Source: Candidatus Bathyarchaeum sp. (lineage in GTDB: Archaea > Thermoproteota > Bathyarchaeia > Bathyarchaeales > Bathyarchaeaceae). Taken from it: 13,451 nucleotides of DNA. The position numbers and the translations under genes are program-made. The notes beneath the pieces were generated by a model. The model did not search any database. It saw only the letters and a program-made list of their open reading frames with translations, and was not told the DNA's origin. The DNA lies in assembly GCA_026014495.1 (NCBI GenBank), contig JAOZIF010000055.1, forward strand, positions 1-13,451, in the 5' to 3' direction. Shown here piece by piece: positions 8,317 to 13,451 of this stretch (positions are counted from its first letter, which is position 1; the number at the start of each line of letters is the position of its first letter).

Positions 8317-8988
8317 ATGAAGCTTAGCACAAAAGAGATTGACGATTTCGTGGCGAAAGTCAATTTTGAGAAAGGAGACGGTCTTGTTCCTGTTGTTGTT
8401 CAAGACGCGTCAACTGATAGTGTGTTGATGCAGGCTTACATGAACAAAGAAGCTTTGCGTTTGACTTTGTCTAGTGGCAGGATGCATTACTGGAGCCGAA
8501 CAAAGGGCAGAATCTGGATGAAAGGCGAAGAATCCAAGCACTACTCTTTGGTTGAGAACGCGTTTTTGGATTGTGACAATGACGCGATACTGTTTAAGGC
8601 TCAGCAGGTAGGTGTGGTTTGTCACACTGGAGAGGAAACGTGCTTCTACAAGCCCTTAAAACCAGAAGAAAATGTAAAGGTTGATGCTCGGATGCTTGAG
8701 AGGCTCTTTGAGGTTATTCATGAGCGTATTCGTAGTCCCAGCGAGGAGTCGTATGTTTCGCGTTTAACCGCTAAAGGCGAGGATGCTGTGCTTCAAAAGG
8801 TCGGCGAAGAGGCAACTGAGCTTATTTTGGCAGTAAAATCTGGTGACCCTAAAGAGGCTACGTTAGAAGCTGCTGACGTAATCTTTCATATACTGGTTTC
8901 GTTTGCGCAAAAAGGTTACAGCCTCAACAGCATATTTGAGGAGCTGGATAGCCGTCACAAGAAAAAGACAAAAAATGTGCAATCTTGA
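8317..8988 (+). CDS. hisIE: Bifunctional phosphoribosyl-AMP cyclohydrolase / phosphoribosyl-ATP pyrophosphohydrolase
   Basis: HisI part: GLVPVVVQD, WSRTK..WMKGEES, DCDND, CHTGEETCF. HisE part: SYVSRL, KVGEEATE, EAADVIFH. RBS GGAGG at 8305-8309. Confidence 0.96.
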   Translation: MKLSTKEIDDFVAKVNFEKGDGLVPVVVQDASTDSVLMQAYMNKEALRLTLSSGRMHYWSRTKGRIWMKGEESKHYSLVENAFLDCDNDAILFKAQQVGVVCHTGEETCFYKPLKPEENVKVDARMLERLFEVIHERIRSPSEESYVSRLTAKGEDAVLQKVGEEATELILAVKSGDPKEATLEAADVIFHILVSFAQKGYSLNSIFEELDSRHKKKTKNVQS

Positions 8989-9023
8989 TGTTGGATGTGT
9001 TGAGTTTTTTGGTTGTGTAAATT

Positions 9024-10079
9024 ATGAGTTGGGAACAAACTTTAGACGAGTACGGTGAGGTAATCGAGGAACGTCTTGAAGCGTTTTTGGCTGAAGCAGT
9101 AAAAGAAGCTGAGGTTTATCATCCATTTATTGGAAAAGTTTACGGTGACATCAAAGAGTTTGTGCTCCGTAAGGGCAAGCGGTTGGCTTCGTGTAGCACT
9201 TTGCTTACGTACAAGGGCTATGTTGGCAATGTTGACGAGAACATCCTAAAGGCGTGTGTCGGAGTTGAGCTGTATCGTCACGCTATACTAATACACGATG
9301 ACTTGGTGGACATGGACGACACTCGAAGAGGCGCAAGCACCTTGCACAAAAAGTTCACGAACAGCTATAGCCCATACGATGGCAGGTTTGGGGACGGAGC
9401 TGCAGTGTTTGCGGCAAATATTGCGTATGCTTTGGGTGTTCGTGCCTTGATGGAGTCTGGTTTTTCAGAAGAAAACGTTGGCAGAGTGTTGCTTTTGACC
9501 AGTGAGGGTTACCGTGCAGTTAACGAGAGCCAAATTCTTGATTTGCTCTTTGAACAAAAAGACGTGTCTGTGGAAGAGTGGACTGTTATGGCAAGCAAAA
9601 GGGCAGCTTCACTCTTCAAAGTTACATTGCTTACAGGCGCTATTTTGGGTGATGCCCCAGAAGCAGACCTTTCACTTCTAGGTGAAGCCGCAGAAAACAT
9701 GGGCTACTCCTTTGACATCCAAGACGACATCATAGACAGCTTCGCCAAAAAAGAAGAATACGGCAGGTCAACATGCCTTGACATTTCCAAAAACAAAAAG
9801 CCACTACACATAATCTATGCCCTAACCTCAAAAGACCAAAAGAAAGCTGAAGCCCTCAAATGCATACTTGGCAAACAGTTCCTGAGTTACGGAGAAAAAG
9901 ACCTAGCCAGACAAATACTAAAAGAAAGCGGCGGACTAGACAACGCCAAACAAGCATCAAAACGGTACGCAAAACAAGCAAAACAAGCCATAACAAAAAC
10001 AAGCCTAGCCGAAGACGCAAAAGACTTCTTCAACAGCTTCATAACATACATAGAACAAAGCCTAGACTGGTACAAATGA
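9024..10079 (+). CDS. Trans-isoprenyl (polyprenyl) diphosphate synthase family protein, motif-divergent
   Basis: First Asp-rich motif HDDLVDMDDTRRG; second Asp-rich motif QDDIID; GKR motif; SQILD. Product chain length is not assignable with certainty. Confidence 0.9.
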   Translation: MSWEQTLDEYGEVIEERLEAFLAEAVKEAEVYHPFIGKVYGDIKEFVLRKGKRLASCSTLLTYKGYVGNVDENILKACVGVELYRHAILIHDDLVDMDDTRRGASTLHKKFTNSYSPYDGRFGDGAAVFAANIAYALGVRALMESGFSEENVGRVLLLTSEGYRAVNESQILDLLFEQKDVSVEEWTVMASKRAASLFKVTLLTGAILGDAPEADLSLLGEAAENMGYSFDIQDDIIDSFAKKEEYGRSTCLDISKNKKPLHIIYALTSKDQKKAEALKCILGKQFLSYGEKDLARQILKESGGLDNAKQASKRYAKQAKQAITKTSLAEDAKDFFNSFITYIEQSLDWYK

Positions 10080-10104
10080 TAATTGTAAACTAAATGGTGT
10101 GTAT

Positions 10105-10147
10105 TGTTTGTTGGTTAGTTAATTGTTTTTCTTTTTGTTGATTTTGC
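10105..10147 (+). terminator. T-rich tract, probable archaeal intrinsic terminator after the prenyltransferase gene
   Basis: TTGTTTTTCTTTTTGTTGATTTTG within ~70 nt of the stop at 10079. Oligo-T termination is established in archaea. Confidence 0.45.
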
Positions 10148-10347
10148 CATTTTAATTTATTCTTAGGGATTTTGAATTAAATATGTTTGACAGATAGAAC
10201 TTGATGGAAGAGGAGAGAGGAATGAAACTGAATTTAACACTTTCATAAGAGTTTTCAAATCAACTTGTCAAATTTGAACCAATTTATCACTATTTTAAAA
10301 AAAGTTAAATCAAGAAAGAATAATTAGAATTGTAAGAGCTGATTTAA

Positions 10348-11064
10348 ATGACATCAACAAACCTCACCGAAGAAGAAAAAAAAAAACACATTTCTGTTGA
10401 TGAATATGAATTAGGAAAAATTCTAGTTTTTGTCAGCTATTCTAATGATGACAAAATCCTCGCTGGACGAATTAAACTAATATTAGAAGGATATGGTTTG
10501 TCAGTTTTTCTGGCTCATGATGACATACCACCTCTTTGTGATTGGCAAATGGAAATAAGTAAAAACCTGAAAAAATGTGATGTTTTTTTGCCCATATTGA
10601 CACACAGTTTTTGTGAATCAGAATGGTGTGACCAAGAAACTGGAATGGCTTTTGCGTTGGATAAGTTGATTGTACCCTTGAAGGTTGATATAGCACCATA
10701 CGGGTTCATTAACAAAATCCAAGCATGTAAATTGGATGTAGATAGACCCAAACGTACTTGTCATAAAATTATCGAAGTTTTAAAAGCTAATCAATTTTCT
10801 GACCGTTTATTTGATTGTTTACTCCGAGACTTAGAATCCGCTCCCACTTTTGATTATGCAAACAAAACACTAGAACAAATAAGTGAATATGAAAAAATCA
10901 ATAAAAAACAAATTAACCAGATTATTCGAATAGCAATAAGGAATAATCAATTTCGTCTATCTCGCAAAGGAATACCTTTTCTTGCGTCAATAACAAAGAA
11001 TCATTCCTCAAAAATAAACCCATTTTTACTTAAGGCATACAACAAAGTTAAAGACGACTTCTAG
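10348..11064 (+). CDS. TIR-domain protein (TIR_2-like, putative NADase/signalling) with C-terminal helical domain
   Basis: VFVSYSNDD, VFLAHDDI, W..EI...L..CD.F.PILT..F..SEWC.QE (catalytic-position Glu97), IVPL. Confidence 0.88.
   Translation: MTSTNLTEEEKKKHISVDEYELGKILVFVSYSNDDKILAGRIKLILEGYGLSVFLAHDDIPPLCDWQMEISKNLKKCDVFLPILTHSFCESEWCDQETGMAFALDKLIVPLKVDIAPYGFINKIQACKLDVDRPKRTCHKIIEVLKANQFSDRLFDCLLRDLESAPTFDYANKTLEQISEYEKINKKQINQIIRIAIRNNQFRLSRKGIPFLASITKNHSSKINPFLLKAYNKVKDDF
10376..10386 (+). repeat. A11 homopolymer near the 5' end of the TIR gene
   Basis: Eleven consecutive A, the longest homopolymer I found in the window, in frame as E-K-K-K. Confidence 0.9.
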
Positions 11065-11085
11065 TTCTGAGGGGGTGAAAAGATA

Positions 11086-11319
11086 ATGGTTTTTGTTAAT
11101 GAAAACGGCGAGGAAATGTCAAGAAAAAATGCAATTGAAACAAAAAATGGTCTCGTAGTTTACACAGATGGTGAAGGACACTGGTATCTTCAATATCCAG
11201 AGGATAAAACAGGAAGAATTGATTGTAACGACTTTGAATTCATCAGTTTTATGGTAGCACTAACACTCAACAAAGGCAACATAGATGAAGCTCATGAGAA
11301 AGTATGGGGAGATAGCTAA
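11086..11319 (+). CDS. Small acidic hypothetical protein (77 aa), probably co-transcribed with the TIR gene
   Basis: Strong RBS GGGGGTGA about 8 nt upstream; 21 nt after the TIR stop; 15 D/E versus 7 K/R. No family recognised. Confidence 0.7.
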   Translation: MVFVNENGEEMSRKNAIETKNGLVVYTDGEGHWYLQYPEDKTGRIDCNDFEFISFMVALTLNKGNIDEAHEKVWGDS

Positions 11320-11322
11320 TTG

Positions 11323-11338
11323 AACCCTAAAAAGGGTT
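11323..11338. terminator. Small perfect hairpin between convergent genes
   Basis: AACCCT-AAAA-AGGGTT in the 24-nt gap between the stops at 11319 (+) and 11344 (-). Confidence 0.4.
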
Positions 11339-11343
11339 AGTGA

Positions 11344-11967
11344 TTATTCTGTTTTCTTTTCTTCCAATTTTGGAGTTGAGGGTAAAACTGTGAAAGCAAG
11401 AATCAACAATAATATGGCCACAATGGTAAAAAGTAAAGGAACGAAAAGAAACCCAAAAGTTGCCCATGTGTCTGTAGGGTCATATTGAGAATTTCTAGCA
11501 ATATATGCCATAGAACTAAAGATTGAGAAAATTAAACAAAAAAATGTTGAAACTGCAACTAGCGACAGTGAATTTTGTCTAAGAGTGAGATATTTCAAAG
11601 ATTCTGCTCTGTTATTTGCTTCCTCAGGATTTTCAAATAATTTTTCGTAAAGTGCAGTTTGTTGACTCATTACTGAAGAAAGCATTTGAGCAAAGATAAT
11701 ACCTACAAACCCTAAGAGAATTCCATTGGTTTGAATCATAATCTCAAGCAAAGAATCTGCTGTGGAAATTGGTACATAATCTGGAAAAGCATCTATAAGA
11801 GAAAATGAAAAATAAAAAACAGAACCTACTGCAACAAAAGACGAAACAAAATAAAACAAGAATCTTTTGACAAGGTTCCACTTATCACTCTGGGTTAAGG
11901 GTTTCACAGAATAAGAAGTGGTAAAAGTTGTTGAAACTTTTTCAGTTTTTCCTTCATTTTCTGCCAT
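11344..11967 (-). CDS. Hypothetical integral membrane protein, about 4 TM helices (207 aa)
   Basis: Four hydrophobic segments: FLFYFVSSFVAVGSVFYFSFSLI; ILLGFVGIIFAQMLSSVM; LSLVAVSTFFCLIFSIFSSMAYIA; FGFLFVPLLFTIVAILLLILAFTVL. Charged termini. No competing ORF on the other strand in the track. Confidence 0.8.
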   Translation of the reverse strand: MAENEGKTEKVSTTFTTSYSVKPLTQSDKWNLVKRFLFYFVSSFVAVGSVFYFSFSLIDAFPDYVPISTADSLLEIMIQTNGILLGFVGIIFAQMLSSVMSQQTALYEKLFENPEEANNRAESLKYLTLRQNSLSLVAVSTFFCLIFSIFSSMAYIARNSQYDPTDTWATFGFLFVPLLFTIVAILLLILAFTVLPSTPKLEEKKTE

Positions 11968-12106
11968 TTGAATCCATTTACACCGTTACATCAATTTTGT
12001 TTTTAAAACTTTCTTGTATTCTTACACTATTATAACGGGTCGCCTATTTCAAGTGCTAAAATTGTTTTAGTTAACTTTTATTAGATAATCAAAAATAGAA
12101 TAAACT
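11968..12106. promoter_or_regulatory. Divergent promoter region with candidate TATA boxes and an inverted repeat
   Basis: TTTTAAAA (12001-12008) for the minus gene; TTTTATTA (12077-12084), 22 nt before ATG 12107 (leaderless spacing); CTAAAA-TTG-TTTTAG (12056-12070). The region is AT-rich, so chance matches are possible. Confidence 0.35.
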
Positions 12107-12757
12107 ATGCGATGGTTTGCTGAACATCCGAAATTATCGATACTGATTCAAACGGCAAGAGAACAGGATGTTTTACCTCGAATTCCAAAAATTGTAATCA
12201 TTGAATTAACTTCTGAGGAAATTGAAAAAATAAACGAAATAACTAGAAAAAAAGTTGATGAATTAGGGGGAGCAGAAAATGTCTCACAATTGAAAAGTAT
12301 TGGAGCATCTGATTCACATAAGGGCAAATTTATTGGATTACATCCGGACAAAGCAGGTATTCTAATGTCTACACCATCAAAACGACTCAAGAAGAAAGGC
12401 TACATTAATCCAATTTTTGAAGGAATCGAACAAATATTTCCCGATAAAAAATTGCAGAAACAATTGGATAAATGTAATTACGCTATTGCATTAACGGGTA
12501 ATTTATTAGAATGGTATGGAAAAAAGTATCCCGTTTTCCTTGGAAATGAAGGCATATCCCCAGACAAATATACAACAGGATTTTGCTGGGTTTTAATCCA
12601 TGAATTTGTTCACATAATTGAAATAGAAAATAAAAAGCCAGTCTTTGACAATTTACCAGATAATAAACGTGGAGCAGAAAGAATATTCAGTAATTATCTT
12701 CCTTATGAGTACTGGACAAAAATTGAACCAATTGATTGCAGTGCGAATACACAGTAA
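12107..12757 (+). CDS. Hypothetical protein with HExxH zincin-like metallopeptidase motif (216 aa)
   Basis: WVLIHEFVHIIE (HEFVH codons at 12599-12613) in a hydrophobic helix context. Subfamily not recognised. Confidence 0.7.
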   Translation: MRWFAEHPKLSILIQTAREQDVLPRIPKIVIIELTSEEIEKINEITRKKVDELGGAENVSQLKSIGASDSHKGKFIGLHPDKAGILMSTPSKRLKKKGYINPIFEGIEQIFPDKKLQKQLDKCNYAIALTGNLLEWYGKKYPVFLGNEGISPDKYTTGFCWVLIHEFVHIIEIENKKPVFDNLPDNKRGAERIFSNYLPYEYWTKIEPIDCSANTQ

Positions 12758-12841
12758 AAACTCTAAAAAGTTATTAGTAAAAAATCTAGGTGTACACATA
12801 GGTAGTTGTATACTAATAGCAGTTCATTGTTGAAAACTAAC

Positions 12842-12859
12842 TTTTTTTCTGATTTTTTT
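12842..12859 (+). terminator. Double T7 tract, probable terminator after the HExxH gene
   Basis: TTTTTTT-CTGA-TTTTTTT about 85 nt downstream of the stop at 12757. Confidence 0.4.
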
Positions 12860-12924
12860 GCACTGCACAAGTTTGGTAATTAAAGTTCATACTTACATTA
12901 ATCTGAAACGTAGAGTCCGACTGC

Positions 12925-12940
12925 TTAAGCTTTATATCTA
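12925..12940 (+). promoter_or_regulatory. TATA-box promoter of ileS
   Basis: TTAAGC-TTTATATC (TATA at 12931-12938), 45 nt upstream of the GTG start; same core as the his promoter. Confidence 0.55.
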
Positions 12941-12983
12941 TGGTTGGTCATTCAAGGGTTTAATCTGGTGTCGTGGATGAGCG

Positions 12984-13451
12984 GTGACCGCGAAATTCAA
13001 GCCTAATTCTAAACTTTCGTTAACCCAAAACTATAGCCCGCTCGAGCTTGAAGCTGAAGTTCGTGCATTTTGGGAAAAAAACAAAACCCTCAAAACCCTT
13101 GCAGAAATCCGACAAAAAAACAACGTTGGTATGCTAGGCTACGTTGAGGGTCCACCAACAATGAACGGCATCCCACATGTTGGTCATGCCCGAGGCAGAG
13201 TCATAAAAGACTTTCATTACCGCCTCAAAACAATGCAAAACTACTACATTTCATTCTGGGCAGGATGGGACACACAAGGCTTACCCGTTGAGTTAGAAGT
13301 GGAGAAAACTCTTGGAGCAAAAAACAAGAAAGAACTCATCGCGCGAGTAGGCGAAGAAGCCTTTGTCGAAGAATGCAAAAAAAGCATCATGAAATACCAC
13401 AAAGAGTGGGTTTTAGGCGACAACATGCTTGGCTTGTTTATTGACCACGAC
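12984..13451 (+). CDS. ileS: Isoleucyl-tRNA synthetase, archaeal/eukaryote-like type, 5' part (runs off the window; absent from the ORF track)
   Basis: My translation from GTG 12984: MTAKFKPNSKLSLTQNYSPLELEAEVRAFWEKNK...YVEGPPTMNGIPHVGHARGRVIKD...AGWDTQGLPVELEVEK...GEEAFVEECKKSIMKY. HIGH-type motif HVGH and the GWDxxGLPVE motif are present. Confidence 0.93.
   Translation, partial: MTAKFKPNSKLSLTQNYSPLELEAEVRAFWEKNKTLKTLAEIRQKNNVGMLGYVEGPPTMNGIPHVGHARGRVIKDFHYRLKTMQNYYISFWAGWDTQGLPVELEVEKTLGAKNKKELIARVGEEAFVEECKKSIMKYHKEWVLGDNMLGLFIDHD

Larger units (their letters stand above)
10080..12930. other. AT-rich accessory island (putative defence/variable locus)
   Basis: Hand-counted 120-nt samples give 31% GC (10801-10920) and 27% GC (12181-12300), versus 39-52% in six samples from the flanking core genes. 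Contains TIR and orphan genes. No integrase or att repeat was recognised. Confidence 0.7.

Noticed and set aside
721-9700. Minus-strand ORFs from the track over the his operon and prenyltransferase gene (e.g. 1305-1667, 2636-3022, 3334-3891)
   Set aside because: All are antisense shadows of well-supported genes, with Ser/Leu/Arg-rich translations and no motifs.
9970-9987. CAAAACAAG x2 tandem repeat
   Set aside because: It simply encodes AKQ-AKQ in a helical segment; two copies only.
9860-10093. 77-aa + strand ORF in an alternate frame of the prenyltransferase 3' end
   Set aside because: K/R/T/Q low complexity is a by-product of the A/C-rich block, and it lies almost entirely inside a real gene.
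9970-10147. Long-range pairing between the A/C-rich gene end and the downstream T/G-rich tract
   Set aside because: Only compositional complementarity; no specific stem found by eye.
10183-10248. Mini-ORFs MFDR* and MEEERGMKLNLTLS* with a purine-rich SD-like stretch and an in-frame TAG (readthrough idea)
   Set aside because: Too short, no recognisable motif, and no evidence for pyrrolysine or other recoding in the window.
10348-11967. Naming the locus Thoeris, CBASS or Kiwa
   Set aside because: No SIR2/SLOG/Macro ThsA, nucleotidyltransferase or other defining partner is recognisable; a TIR plus a TM protein is insufficient.
12790-12813. Short palindromes GTGTACAC and GTATAC upstream of the ileS promoter
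   Set aside because: 6-8 bp palindromes are expected by chance and have no supporting context.
10080-12930. Integrative element, IS or provirus interpretation of the island
   Set aside because: No integrase, transposase, terminal inverted repeats, tRNA fragment or convincing flanking direct repeat was seen.
12645-13426. Track ORFs 12645-12833 (+), 12148-12390 (-) and 13244-13426 (-)
   Set aside because: They overlap or are antisense to the HExxH gene or ileS and show no independent coding signal.
1-13451. CRISPR array, tRNA or rRNA genes
   Set aside because: No regularly spaced repeats or cloverleaf/rRNA-like segments were seen; the intergenic gaps are short or AT-rich.

Overview
Archaeal DNA, most likely TACK lineage such as Bathyarchaeia. 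This is inferred from TATA/BRE-type promoters, GGAGG/GGTGA ribosome-binding sites and an archaeal-type IleRS. Positions ~87-8988 hold a complete, tightly packed histidine operon: hisZ-hisG(short)-hisD-hisC-[398-aa HAD phosphatase]-hisB-hisH-hisA-hisF-hisIE. A motif-divergent trans-polyprenyl diphosphate synthase follows (9024-10079). Next is an AT-rich accessory island (~10080-12930) with a TIR-domain gene, a small acidic ORF, a 4-TM membrane protein and an HExxH metallopeptidase-like ORF. The window ends in the 5' part of ileS (12984->13451), which the ORF track missed. Main points for follow-up: (1) the HAD gene fills the one otherwise missing pathway step (histidinol-phosphate phosphatase); (2) the conserved hisZ N-terminus has no in-frame canonical start codon and overlaps a His-codon uORF; (3) the TIR/4TM/peptidase island is a candidate uncharacterised defence locus; (4) core genes show sharp A/C-rich versus G/T-rich blocks that ignore gene boundaries. 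No tRNA, rRNA, CRISPR array, integrase or transposase was recognised. All family assignments come from reading motifs by eye; no searches were run.
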